Shown piece after piece: positions 24,545-35,102 of a stretch of DNA of 61,130 nt. The notes under the pieces were generated by a model. It saw only the letters and a program-made list of their open reading frames with translations. It made no database searches and was not told the origin of the DNA. Both the position numbers and the translations under genes were made by a program. Each line of letters begins with the position of its first letter. The first letter of the stretch is position 1. This DNA comes from a virus (lineage: Duplodnaviria; Caudoviricetes), in the IMG/VR virus record IMGVR_UViG_3300032050_000140, positions 1-61,130 of that record. One strand, 5' to 3'.

Positions 24545-24848
24545 ATCACTTGCGAGAAAATTATGCCTAGAAGGAAAAACATTTGTTCAAATAAGCGATA
24601 TATTAAATACGAGCAGGTGGGCTGTTCAAAGATATTTAAGTGGTGCAATAATGAACCACTTTGGACATATTGAGTTAGGACAAAAAAATGGTCCATATTA
24701 TGACACAGAAGAAGAAATGTTTAATGATAAAGAGTATAATTTTAATAGTTTAAGCGATGGAGAAAGAGAAATTTATATCGAACGAGAAAAAACTGGCGAG
24801 CTTGGTAAGTATTTTGCCAGTCCTAATGGACTTCATGGAGGACATTAA
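24486..24848 (+). CDS. HTH-containing protein
   Basis: GKTFVQISDILNTSRWAVQRYL helix-turn-helix; start uncertain. Confidence 0.6.
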   Translation: MVSKLQYMTAHNSITFQKNKSLARKLCLEGKTFVQISDILNTSRWAVQRYLSGAIMNHFGHIELGQKNGPYYDTEEEMFNDKEYNFNSLSDGEREIYIEREKTGELGKYFASPNGLHGGH

Positions 24849-25035
24849 AGATGTTTATCCAAAACTTTATGTAAAGCAAATTAAAAAAGCAGGTAATGAT
24901 TTTGCTGAACAAGTATTAAGACAGGGTGATAACTTATACAAAAAAATGGATATAGAGAATGACGAAGAACTTAAAGCATTCTTATATCAATTAGAGAACA
25001 TGGGATTAGCTTTTAGAAATTGGTTAAAAGATTAA
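24757..25035 (+). CDS. Hypothetical protein
   Basis: 92-aa ORF. Confidence 0.65.
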   Translation: MEKEKFISNEKKLASLVSILPVLMDFMEDIKDVYPKLYVKQIKKAGNDFAEQVLRQGDNLYKKMDIENDEELKAFLYQLENMGLAFRNWLKD

Positions 25036-25214
25036 TAAAATATACCATTGTTTGGATCAGTCAAAATCTATCAATACCATTTTGGGTAGTTGGGCATGTA
25101 CATTTGTCTTTAAATGTATATGATGATATAATCGAAGTTATTTCTTCGATCGGCATGAATATAATCGTAGCTATTGGCTTTTGGATTGATTATAAAAATA
25201 TTACTAAACAGTAA
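25020..25214 (+). CDS. Small membrane protein
   Basis: Two hydrophobic stretches; WISQNLSIPFWVVGHVHL motif. Confidence 0.65.
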   Translation: MVKRLIKYTIVWISQNLSIPFWVVGHVHLSLNVYDDIIEVISSIGMNIIVAIGFWIDYKNITKQ

Positions 25215-25247
25215 CTTACTGAATGGTAAGTTAATTTTTATATTGTT

Positions 25248-25502
25248 ATGAATGATAAATCAGGTGTATATTGTGTAGATGTAATAGTAAAAGCTATTCC
25301 TATCTCTATGAATTCAAAGCTACCTAAAGTTCTTAAAAATCTTAAAGATATTCCAATAGCTTTAGATGACAACTTAAAAGCCATAGATGAATATTTCATA
25401 AAAGGGGTGATAAAAAAAGATAATCTTAATAAATATAGAATTAGTTATGAGTTAATTATAAAAAAATACTTGTCGGGTATTTGTTATAATGTTAATAAGT
25501 GA
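25248..25502 (+). CDS. Hypothetical protein
   Basis: 84-aa ORF. Confidence 0.55.
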   Translation: MNDKSGVYCVDVIVKAIPISMNSKLPKVLKNLKDIPIALDDNLKAIDEYFIKGVIKKDNLNKYRISYELIIKKYLSGICYNVNK

Positions 25503-25510
25503 TATATTTG
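25481..25510 (+). promoter_or_regulatory. Promoter
   Basis: TTG (25481-25483)-N19-TATATTTG (25503-25510). Confidence 0.75.
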
Positions 25511-25520
25511 TTCACAGTAA

Positions 25521-25691
25521 ATGGAGAATATCAACTATGTAAATGCAGTAATGACCGAGATTAATGATCTAACGGATTGTATATACGAGTCTTTAGTTGA
25601 TGGAGATTATAAAGAAATGAAATTAAATATACAGAACTTGATAAGAGTTCTTAGAGATCTAGACAGAACCCATGAAAGTATATCGGAATAG
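25521..25691 (+). CDS. Small helical protein, 56 aa
   Basis: MENINYVNAVMTEINDLTDCIYESLVD...; follows the promoter. Confidence 0.6.
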   Translation: MENINYVNAVMTEINDLTDCIYESLVDGDYKEMKLNIQNLIRVLRDLDRTHESISE

Positions 25692-26781
25692 AGCTGCTCA
25701 ATTGTTTTTTGAAGAGAATAAAAGTATTAATGAGATAGCAAAAATAGTATCAGATGAATTTAACTTAGATGATTCAATCAGTTCAATAACAAGAAATATT
25801 TACAATTGGACAAAAGACAAAGGTCTTTATGAAGCTTGTAAAGCAGCTGGAGTTAATTATGACAAAGTCAGTCATTATTGGTATAAAGGTAAACACTTCA
25901 GTATAAATGTCAAGAAGAACAATGAGTTCAACTATGATGAATTTAAGCAAGACTTAATAGATGAAGTGTCTAATTGGAGTCCAAAATATCCTACATTTAA
26001 AAGAGAACAATCAAGCGATCCACACTGCCTTGTTTTTGATCCTGCTGATATCCACATCGGTAAGATATGCTCAAGTTTTGAAACAGGTGAAGATTACAAT
26101 ATGCAGATAGCTATCAAGAGAGTTCGCGAAGGTTTACATGGTATATTAAATAAGTCAGCTGCTTTTAATATTGAAAAGATTATTTTTATTGCAGGTAATG
26201 ACATACTACATATCGACAACCCAAAGCGTACAACAACAAGTGGCACACCACAAGATACTGACGGCATGTGGTACGATAATTTTGTTACTGCCAAAAAACT
26301 ATTGATTGAAATAATTGAGACATTGATGACAGTAGCTGACGTTCACGTTGTATACAATCCAAGCAATCACGACTTTATGTCTGGATTCATGTTGCTACAA
26401 TGTGTTGAGGCATGGTTTGGTAAATGCAAGCAAGTTACTTTTGACAATGACATGAAACATAGAAAGTATGTATCTTATGGTAAAAATCTCATAGGGTCTA
26501 CTCACATGGATGGAGCAAAACAACAAGATCTTCCATTATTAATGGCACACGAATCAGGTGCTATGTGGCATGAGTGCAAACATAGGTATGTATATGGACA
26601 TCACGTACATCACAAAAGTTCGAAAGATTATATGTCTGTATGTGTAGAGACATTACGTTCACCTAGCGGTGCTGACAGTTGGCATCATCGTAATGGTTAT
26701 CAGTATGCACCCAAAGCTGTTGAAGGATTTATTCATCACCCTGAGCATGGGCAGATTGCCAGGCTAACACATTTATTCTGA
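25672..26781 (+). CDS. Calcineurin-like metallophosphoesterase with N-terminal HTH
   Basis: DIHIG, GNDILH, SNHD, THMD, GHHVHH metal-binding motifs. Confidence 0.88.
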   Translation: MKVYRNRAAQLFFEENKSINEIAKIVSDEFNLDDSISSITRNIYNWTKDKGLYEACKAAGVNYDKVSHYWYKGKHFSINVKKNNEFNYDEFKQDLIDEVSNWSPKYPTFKREQSSDPHCLVFDPADIHIGKICSSFETGEDYNMQIAIKRVREGLHGILNKSAAFNIEKIIFIAGNDILHIDNPKRTTTSGTPQDTDGMWYDNFVTAKKLLIEIIETLMTVADVHVVYNPSNHDFMSGFMLLQCVEAWFGKCKQVTFDNDMKHRKYVSYGKNLIGSTHMDGAKQQDLPLLMAHESGAMWHECKHRYVYGHHVHHKSSKDYMSVCVETLRSPSGADSWHHRNGYQYAPKAVEGFIHHPEHGQIARLTHLF

Positions 26782-26945
26782 TGATAACAGTTGAAGAAAT
26801 GATTGCTGTTGTAGAGAAATACATCTACGAGAAGAAAAAAGTAAGGGTACGCATCGAATTAAGATACCACCCTTTCTTTATACATTCAGACATGAGCAAA
26901 CTTAACTACTGTTATGGTATTGCTCTTGATTACTTTAAAATCTGA
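26781..26945 (+). CDS. Small protein, 54 aa; last + strand gene
   Basis: MITVEEMIAVVEKYIYEKKKVRVRI...; TGATG coupling; converges with the late unit. Confidence 0.55.
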   Translation: MITVEEMIAVVEKYIYEKKKVRVRIELRYHPFFIHSDMSKLNYCYGIALDYFKI

Positions 26946-29900
26946 TCGGCTGTTTGGCCTTCCTTTATTTTCACTATATCTGAAATACTTGGCTCACCTA
27001 TAGCCTTCATAACTTTTAGGTATTCTCTTCCTTGACGTTCTGTCAAGCCACCGTTTCTTTCAATGAACTCTATTTCGGAAATGGCTGTTTCGGATTCCTT
27101 CTTATCTTTTACTAATTGTATTTCCCACGATTTCAAATTACGTCCAAGATCTTTTTTTACAGTTTCATATCTGTCATATTGTTTTTCTGTAACAGCTTTC
27201 TTCTTGATTCCCTTAACGTAGTTTTTACTAATTGAACCAATATCTTTTGGTAGTACACCAGTAGAGTATGCAATTAAAAATGGAACAGCATATCCAACTT
27301 TTTTCCTATCAGCCTCTAAAAGTACTTTAGGTGTTTCTCTTCCTTCATACTCATCCATGAATTTACCAGTTGTAGCTAAATTGGATATTTCAGCTAACTC
27401 TTGATAAGTACTCCCAGCAATTCCAATCATACCATAACTCCTATCAAAGTCATCTTCAAATACTTGATATGTTGCTTCTTTTTTAATGTTATCAATAAAT
27501 TCTTTTTCTTCAGATTCAGTCATAGCAGGCTCACCTTTTAATTCTAAAACCTTATTTCTACTTTCAACCGCATCTTTAATTTCTTTATCACTCATCCAAG
27601 GGTATTGTGCTAATGCTTTGTTTAATGCCCATGTTGATATAAAGTCTGTCATTGGAAGTGGTGACACAATATCATTAACAATACTTTTAATAGGGTATTT
27701 AGTAGCATTAATCATTTTCTTTTTCTTCGCTTCTTCATCCTCATCATCACCAAGCAATGATGCCGCAATAATATCATACAATCTTCTTACACCAAATCCA
27801 ATTAATTGGAATGTTGCAAGTTCGGAAGCTAGACCTGCTAATGATCTTCTTGCAATTACTTTATCTTCACTTGTAGCAGTTTTACTACTAATAGTCATTA
27901 TATCATTATACATCCTAGCTTTTTGGTTAAGAATAAATGATGCAAACGGAAGAACTATTTTTCTAGTTATTTGTTTGATTGGATCATCGCTTGCTAAAAA
28001 TTCACCAGCTAACATTGGATCAGATATGTTTTGTTGTCTGTCAATCATAGCTTGAGCATATTCAGCAGCCTCCATATCAATTTCATGTGTAGTCCAATCA
28101 ATATCAGTACTTAATCCTCTACGTTTTAAGTTTTGTAAATAGTAAGACTTAAATGATGATCTAGCAACAAATACATCTGGCCTTACTAGGAATTGTTTTA
28201 AGTACCATTGATTTAAATCAGCAATTGCTTTCAATACTTCTTGAGTTCCAGTTCCTGTCATATCAATTTTTCTGTCAATTGAATCAACTGTTGATTGTGA
28301 TTCAAGGCCACGATTTGAAATTGGAAGTCCAGTTTTATTTAACCACTCATTAAATTTAGCATCGGCTATATCAAACCTTCCTGAGTTAACTACAGTGTTT
28401 ACCATTACTGGTATTGTCTGACTAACAGCTTGACTTATACCACCCAAAGCCTTTCCAACACCAAGAGACGTGATATAATTTGTTAATTTATTAATGTATT
28501 GAATTGTATCAGATGCAACAATGTTTTTACCTTTTGATCTTCTTATATAAGTGTTAATTCTTTTAGTCATTATTGATCTATCCTCAGACTCAGGAATTAA
28601 CTTTTTAAATGACTTCGAATTAATAAACCCATCAACTTGTCTAATAGCAGAAGCTGTATTAATATCAACCAAAGCTGCCTTTAATGCTTTTGAGTTATTA
28701 GTATCAAAATCAAGGCTAATATATCTACCATCAGGCATAACATTTGGTCTTGTTGTTTCCATTAAAACACCAGTCTTTTTCTTATCAGTGTAATCAATTG
28801 TTATAGCAAAAGCACCATTTCTTTCAACTGCTCCCTCATCAAGTGATTGATTCTCTGAAGAAAGTCTTTTGTATTTATCTGGTGTATAATTTAAATCACT
28901 TCCAAGTTGAGTATTGTAAACAGATAAACTAATATCTGATAAATCAGAATAGTGCCTAGACCATTGATTAACCCACCAATTTACAGCATCTAAATTATTT
29001 TTTGATGCATTGGCATTAATGACATCCATGTCCATTTCTGCTACACCTAACTTATCATAAATTTTTTGATATAGTTCCCCCATTTTTTGTTCTTTGGCAT
29101 CCCCATCTTCAGTTAATTTATTGATAGATTCTTGAACCATTCTAACCCTTCTTTCAAACTCTGCTTTCATTTCAGCTGGTTTACCAACTAAATTTCTTTT
29201 TAAGAATGCAAGCATACCTCTTTCGTATACATTCTCAGCATCCATGAAGCCTTTATTCATAACATAACGACCAAGAGCATTTTTTGTAGAATAGAAAGGT
29301 TGCTTTACATACTGATCTAAAATATCATTATGCTGTCTATTGGCTTTATTGACTCCATTAATAAGTTTAACTAATCCCATTTTGCTCATCACATCAATTG
29401 AATTATTAACACCATCAAACATCTTTTCCATTAACATAGGAAGAGAGAACAATTGTTCGCTATATATTTTACCAACATAATTACTAAAGAATAGCCTCAA
29501 AGATTTAGCCTTTGTTCCTTTATCGACTAATTGCTTGCTATTTGTAGCTCCTTCATAAGAACTAACAGCCGCCTCAAGACCACTTGTAATTTGGTTGGTA
29601 ATAAAGTTTTCTACACTCTCAACTATTTTAATGGCATCTCTAACTGACATCTCATTAAGGTCAATCTTCAACGCTCTTTTAATTAATTCTTTTTGTTTCT
29701 CATCAAATGTTATTTCCTCTCCAGTCATAGGATCAATACCTGTCTTAAACATTGTATCAAGTATTGATGACATGATACCAAATCTACCGTTTAAGTAGTC
29801 TTTTACATACTTCTCTTTTTCAGTGGTTTCCATTTGACTTGTTGGATCTTTCAATGCATTGATAACATCTTGCATGTCTTTCAATGACATCTCGCCTTCC

Positions 29901-32900
29901 AAGAAATCATAAGTAGCTAATAACTCATCTTTAAGAATCTTATCTTGTCTTTCAATCTCATTGTTTATATATTCAGAAACCTCAGCAATATTTGCTGCTT
30001 CCTTCATTATAACATCAAGACCTTTTACTCGTGATGGCTTAACAGCATTCTTAACTTTCTCCGCAATTTCTAAATACGCATCAATATCCTCAACCATAGA
30101 TGGATCGATCTTTGTAAACTCCTTAGCCATACCAACTACCTCGGCTTGGTTATCAGTCTTTAATGCTTTACGAATTGCTTTTCTTAATGCAAACGCACCA
30201 TCTAATGTTTCTTGGTAGTCTGCTCTTTCGAATACTCTTTGAGCGTAATTTGTAAATCGCTCAACCATTACAGGATTTTCAAGGTTAAGGCTGCTAACTC
30301 TTTTAACCAATACAGCAGCCTGACTGGCTTTCATTTTACCAGTCTTAACCATATTACCAATAGCAGTAGCCAACATTTTACGTTTGGTATTTAAGTCAGT
30401 CTTTGCTTCACGAGCTGCTTTGGCTTCTAGTCTAATTTGGTCCTTAAGTGCTGACATCTCATTAACAGTAACCTGTTTTGGTTTTGGCTTACCTAATATC
30501 TTAGCAACTGTTGGTGCTTTAGGTTGTGCTTTAAATGCATCCTTTATTTCTTGCTCACTAAATCCTTCTTCTTTTAAATATTGTTTGATTGCAGCGTCAG
30601 ATATTCCATTGTCTCTAGCCACTATTACAATATCTACTGCTTCTTTTGGCCTTCCTTTTGAAAATAGAACGTCTATACCTTTTACTTCTTTCGATGTTAT
30701 CTCTTTACCTCCTAAAAGTGATGCAAGTGATCCATCAATAAATTCATTAAGACTAATGTCTTGGAATTGCTCAGGTGTTAATTTATTAAATGCTTTAAAC
30801 TTAGATTTGACATAAGTAAATACAGCATTTAACCAGTTTTTAAATTTAGATTTTTTACCTGCTTCAATTAATGTTTCTCCTTTATTTGCAATTAATTCAG
30901 CCATTGCTTCCTCTCTTGCCAACTCAATATCTCCTAACTCATCTATTTTTCTTTTTAAAACTTCAGTTCCTTCTAAAAGACTATATCCTTTAGTTAAAAG
31001 CTTTGGATTATTTTCTTTTAAGAAGTTCATCCAAATATGTGAGAACTCATGTATAGCCGTATTTGAGTTTGCTTTTTCAGGATTTAAAAATACTTTACCA
31101 TCTTTTGTAAAACCATAAACAACTTCACCATCTTTAACGAATTGTTTTACATCTGGATTTTCTAACGCACTGTTGAATTCTTCTTGTGTTTCAACTATAG
31201 TAACAGATGGAAATGCTTGCTTTAACTTACCTAAAAGTTTTTGAAGTTCCGTCATCTTAGTAGAAATCTTAGCTCCTCTAAATGCTTTAATAGCGGCAAT
31301 AGGTCCACTAGAAGCAACAGCCTGATCTACAACCTTACCTGGTGATGGTAATTTACCTGCTTTATCTTCTTTATTTAAATAGAAAGATTTAGCGTACATT
31401 TCTGGAAACACATCAGCAGCATGTACAGGTGATTCTAAAATACCAATTAATCCACCCTTAACACCATATGGGTAGTTTCTATGTTTTGGATTTGTTATTT
31501 GAGGGTTTAAAACATCAACACCAGTAATACCAATAATATGATTAGATGGAACTTCTTTTGTTGATTCATCTTGTATTGCGTTGTTTATTGTTTGTAAATG
31601 TATATACTTATAGTAAGAAGAATCTTTGTTACCAACTAAAGCAAGAGCCGATTTACTTCTTGGTTTCCCTGGCTTAGTTTCTTTATTAAGTTGAATGCCT
31701 CCAGTAAATAAAAATCTAGTAACATTTGCTCTTTCACCTATTGGTTTAAGATTATTCATGTTATCTAAAAGTTCATCAATAGTTTTATAATTATTTTCTT
31801 TTATAAATGATATAACTTTGCTTTCAGGATTTACAGCGGATATATCTTCTATCAATCCATTTAATGAGTTTGTTCTTTCTGCTTTATTAAATTTCTTCTT
31901 TATAGTATCAGCAGCAAATCTAAATATTGCTTCATTTGTTTGAATTGAATCTTGACCCATTTTAACAATAGCCATAGGTATTTGACCTTGCGGAAGTTTT
32001 CCTTCTGACCAAAGCCTATCGAACATGTCTTTATTTTTAGAGTATACTTCTTTGGCTCTAGATAGCATTTTTTCAGATTCTGCTTTATCAGTATTTGCCC
32101 AAGCACTACCTTCATTTCCTTCAGTAAGATTAAATCCTATACCTCCATTTACATCAATTGTATTTCCTGTAAATTCATTCTTTACATTGCCAGATGTTAA
32201 CTGATCAGAGATTGTAAATATCATTGGTATACCATTATACTCTGATATATTTTTTATTATGCCACCTTTAAATGTAGACTTTAACTTATCTCCAAATCTT
32301 TTTACAAGTGATTCTACATTTGTTTTGCTTTTAGTAGTCAAATCAGAAGGAACATCGAATTTAGCCACATCTTCTGGCATAGCATTCATTTCCTCAACTA
32401 CTGAATCAACTTCAGGTACTTGAGACACTTGCTCTCCTTTCTGAAACTTGGGTTCTTGACCAAATAGACCTCTTAGTTTATTTACTTCTTCTTGAACTAC
32501 TGTTTGAGGTTCTACTTCAGCAGGAGTTACTTCTTCTTGGACTGTGGCTTGACCTTCTTCGGTAACGACTTCAGGTTTTGCTTCGGGTTCTCCTTGCGCC
32601 ACTTCTCCGCCAACTCTGGCTTCTGGCTGTACAGGAACTTCACCTGTTGTTTGCTTTTGAACGGCATTTTTACTTATTATTTTTAGTTCATCATTAATCT
32701 CGTTTACTCTGTCTGTTTGAGCAGCAACGAGAGCAGGGTCTTTCCCTTCTATTTCTTTTTGTATCTTTTGTTTTTCAAGAATTAAATTAAATGAATCTCT
32801 TTGATCTCTTAAACTTAAGTTGTCAGGTATAGATTGCAGGATTGAATATGTTTTATTCATTGACTCAATTTGAGCCTTTGCTTCTTCTTTTGTTATATCC

Positions 32901-35089
32901 CCACTTACTATTTTAGATTTTATATCTGATTCAATAGAAGATCTAAGGTTATTGTCTTTTAATGAGTTTGAAAATATAGCAAAATCATCATCACTCTTTC
33001 TATTACTGTACCCATCTCTAATAGCTGAAACTGATTCAGATCCAGCAGACATAATTAAACCACCTAGAGCACCATAATAAGCATCAGTAGCAGCAGCCCC
33101 AATTGCTTGATTAATTCCTTTTGCTGTTGTAATGTCAGGAACATCTTGAAAGTAATCTTTATCTGTTATACCATTTGATATATCCTTTATTACTATTTCA
33201 TCTAATTGTTGAGTACCTTCAATAGCTCCTTCTACTAATGCACCACCAACTATTCTTAATCCAGCATTAGCCAACATAGCGGCAGTATTCCTTTTCAATT
33301 CATTTTGCATTAATGTTGCTGATGCATCTTTTGGTAAATTAGAGAAAGTTCTAAAAACTATATTATTTACTAACTTATTAAATAGTGGGCTTTTTGTTGC
33401 GCCAGTTGTAAATTTAAACCCTAAGTTTTCCAGTGCACCTATTGTTATTGCATAAGGAACAGATATTAATTTTTTCTCAAATTGATTTAATCCATCAAAC
33501 TGACTTGAGTTCATCTCATCCTCAATAGCATTATAAGATTGAGTAAAGAATGCTACTTTTTGCAATGTAGGGTTGCCACCTGCTGATAATGCAGTACCAA
33601 TACTCTCAGATAAAAATGAAGCTACTTTTTCTAAATCACCCCTATCTTTAGATTGAAGGTATTCATCTGTAGTTCCAAATGAAACCAAATCGGTCAATCC
33701 CTTTTCTATTTGTGGAACTATTTGTTTTCTAAGTTGTTTTGATGCATAATCTTTTATCTCAGAATCACTCATTCCAGATGCTTTTAATTTTTCTCTCTGT
33801 ACATCTGGCATTATTGATCCTTCTGGAAGAACATAAGGCATAACATCAGCAGTTATCCCTGCTAGTGCCTTTTCCATATTGAAAGCACCTTTTATAAAGC
33901 TCTTAGATATTAAACCTAGTGTATTACCTTGCTTTTCTTTATTCTTATAATATACAGCTGATGATACTTTTAGTTTATCATTTAATCTGCCTAAATCATC
34001 GTACTTGCTTTTTAATATATTCTTTCTTTCGTCAAGAGAATTTATTTTATTTTTTATTTCAGCTTCTTGTTCTGGACTAGTTGGATTTTTTATAAATTCA
34101 TTATATTGAGATAATAGTTGATCTTCATCTCTTTTTAAACTTTTTGATTCAATTACTAAATCTTTATATTGGTTATCAAACCATCTGTCAGTATCGTACT
34201 GATTTAAAAATTCTTCACCATACTTATATGGATTTTCAGCCATAAGATTAACAAGCTGACCATAATCTTTTACTTCCTTCTTTAAGAAATCTTTATCTGT
34301 CTTTTTAAGTATTGACTTACTCATAAAGTCAACAATCTCATTATATTTATCGTTGCTTAATCTGTTTAAATCTTCAGTTTGAGCAACTGGCATACCAGTC
34401 TGTGATTGACCATATAACGCTGAAGGAACTAACTCAAATTCTTTTGAATTTATTGTAGTTAATCCACCATTCGTAGATGTAGATATTTTTATTTTATTAC
34501 CAGCACCAGTGGTTTCAAAAATAAATCCACTTCCCTTAAATTTTTCTCTTAATTCTTTTACAGCCTCATCTTCAGTTTTAAAAGCAATATTTTTGTCTAT
34601 CTTATTGATATTCTGATAGGCATCGAATTCCTTTTTACCGAAATCTTCCTCCATCATTGTTTCGGCTTCCTTATAAGTAGGCACATCTAATTCTTCTACT
34701 TTTACTTCAGGAACGTATTTATCAGGCTGTACTGATACAACTTTCTTTTTCTTTAAAGGCTTATTTTCTAGTATGTCAATATAATCATCAGTCTTATATT
34801 TACTAGAGGTAACTTTTGGTTCAGTTACATTAGCCCACCTTCTTGCTGAAGATAAAGAGTCCGAACGCTTTTGATTTTCCGTCTTTGATCCATCCAAAGA
34901 AGTAACTTGATTGACTTGTGTTGATTGTGAAACCTCTTTTTTTTTTAATGCAGATTCAAAAGAAACTTCATTTTTATACTCAGGATACTTTTCAATCATC
35001 TTTTTAGATAATTCTAAATCATCAACATCACTATATTCAGGATATTTACTCTTTATTTTTTTTGCAAATTCTGTATAATCTAATGGCAT
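26930..35089 (-). CDS. Giant internal virion/ejection protein (2719 aa) with zincin-like domain
   Basis: Last gene of the structural operon; NTAIHEFSHIW...EEAMAELI (HExxH...E) region; long helical segments. Confidence 0.75.
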   Translation of the reverse strand: MPLDYTEFAKKIKSKYPEYSDVDDLELSKKMIEKYPEYKNEVSFESALKKKEVSQSTQVNQVTSLDGSKTENQKRSDSLSSARRWANVTEPKVTSSKYKTDDYIDILENKPLKKKKVVSVQPDKYVPEVKVEELDVPTYKEAETMMEEDFGKKEFDAYQNINKIDKNIAFKTEDEAVKELREKFKGSGFIFETTGAGNKIKISTSTNGGLTTINSKEFELVPSALYGQSQTGMPVAQTEDLNRLSNDKYNEIVDFMSKSILKKTDKDFLKKEVKDYGQLVNLMAENPYKYGEEFLNQYDTDRWFDNQYKDLVIESKSLKRDEDQLLSQYNEFIKNPTSPEQEAEIKNKINSLDERKNILKSKYDDLGRLNDKLKVSSAVYYKNKEKQGNTLGLISKSFIKGAFNMEKALAGITADVMPYVLPEGSIMPDVQREKLKASGMSDSEIKDYASKQLRKQIVPQIEKGLTDLVSFGTTDEYLQSKDRGDLEKVASFLSESIGTALSAGGNPTLQKVAFFTQSYNAIEDEMNSSQFDGLNQFEKKLISVPYAITIGALENLGFKFTTGATKSPLFNKLVNNIVFRTFSNLPKDASATLMQNELKRNTAAMLANAGLRIVGGALVEGAIEGTQQLDEIVIKDISNGITDKDYFQDVPDITTAKGINQAIGAAATDAYYGALGGLIMSAGSESVSAIRDGYSNRKSDDDFAIFSNSLKDNNLRSSIESDIKSKIVSGDITKEEAKAQIESMNKTYSILQSIPDNLSLRDQRDSFNLILEKQKIQKEIEGKDPALVAAQTDRVNEINDELKIISKNAVQKQTTGEVPVQPEARVGGEVAQGEPEAKPEVVTEEGQATVQEEVTPAEVEPQTVVQEEVNKLRGLFGQEPKFQKGEQVSQVPEVDSVVEEMNAMPEDVAKFDVPSDLTTKSKTNVESLVKRFGDKLKSTFKGGIIKNISEYNGIPMIFTISDQLTSGNVKNEFTGNTIDVNGGIGFNLTEGNEGSAWANTDKAESEKMLSRAKEVYSKNKDMFDRLWSEGKLPQGQIPMAIVKMGQDSIQTNEAIFRFAADTIKKKFNKAERTNSLNGLIEDISAVNPESKVISFIKENNYKTIDELLDNMNNLKPIGERANVTRFLFTGGIQLNKETKPGKPRSKSALALVGNKDSSYYKYIHLQTINNAIQDESTKEVPSNHIIGITGVDVLNPQITNPKHRNYPYGVKGGLIGILESPVHAADVFPEMYAKSFYLNKEDKAGKLPSPGKVVDQAVASSGPIAAIKAFRGAKISTKMTELQKLLGKLKQAFPSVTIVETQEEFNSALENPDVKQFVKDGEVVYGFTKDGKVFLNPEKANSNTAIHEFSHIWMNFLKENNPKLLTKGYSLLEGTEVLKRKIDELGDIELAREEAMAELIANKGETLIEAGKKSKFKNWLNAVFTYVKSKFKAFNKLTPEQFQDISLNEFIDGSLASLLGGKEITSKEVKGIDVLFSKGRPKEAVDIVIVARDNGISDAAIKQYLKEEGFSEQEIKDAFKAQPKAPTVAKILGKPKPKQVTVNEMSALKDQIRLEAKAAREAKTDLNTKRKMLATAIGNMVKTGKMKASQAAVLVKRVSSLNLENPVMVERFTNYAQRVFERADYQETLDGAFALRKAIRKALKTDNQAEVVGMAKEFTKIDPSMVEDIDAYLEIAEKVKNAVKPSRVKGLDVIMKEAANIAEVSEYINNEIERQDKILKDELLATYDFLEGEMSLKDMQDVINALKDPTSQMETTEKEKYVKDYLNGRFGIMSSILDTMFKTGIDPMTGEEITFDEKQKELIKRALKIDLNEMSVRDAIKIVESVENFITNQITSGLEAAVSSYEGATNSKQLVDKGTKAKSLRLFFSNYVGKIYSEQLFSLPMLMEKMFDGVNNSIDVMSKMGLVKLINGVNKANRQHNDILDQYVKQPFYSTKNALGRYVMNKGFMDAENVYERGMLAFLKRNLVGKPAEMKAEFERRVRMVQESINKLTEDGDAKEQKMGELYQKIYDKLGVAEMDMDVINANASKNNLDAVNWWVNQWSRHYSDLSDISLSVYNTQLGSDLNYTPDKYKRLSSENQSLDEGAVERNGAFAITIDYTDKKKTGVLMETTRPNVMPDGRYISLDFDTNNSKALKAALVDINTASAIRQVDGFINSKSFKKLIPESEDRSIMTKRINTYIRRSKGKNIVASDTIQYINKLTNYITSLGVGKALGGISQAVSQTIPVMVNTVVNSGRFDIADAKFNEWLNKTGLPISNRGLESQSTVDSIDRKIDMTGTGTQEVLKAIADLNQWYLKQFLVRPDVFVARSSFKSYYLQNLKRRGLSTDIDWTTHEIDMEAAEYAQAMIDRQQNISDPMLAGEFLASDDPIKQITRKIVLPFASFILNQKARMYNDIMTISSKTATSEDKVIARRSLAGLASELATFQLIGFGVRRLYDIIAASLLGDDEDEEAKKKKMINATKYPIKSIVNDIVSPLPMTDFISTWALNKALAQYPWMSDKEIKDAVESRNKVLELKGEPAMTESEEKEFIDNIKKEATYQVFEDDFDRSYGMIGIAGSTYQELAEISNLATTGKFMDEYEGRETPKVLLEADRKKVGYAVPFLIAYSTGVLPKDIGSISKNYVKGIKKKAVTEKQYDRYETVKKDLGRNLKSWEIQLVKDKKESETAISEIEFIERNGGLTERQGREYLKVMKAIGEPSISDIVKIKEGQTADQILK

Positions 35090-35102
35090 AACTTATTATT
35101 TA

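Noticed and set aside
26930-35089. crAss-type virion RNA polymerase
   Set aside because: No catalytic DxDxD-type motif noticed and host-type promoters are widespread; needs structure search for final exclusion.
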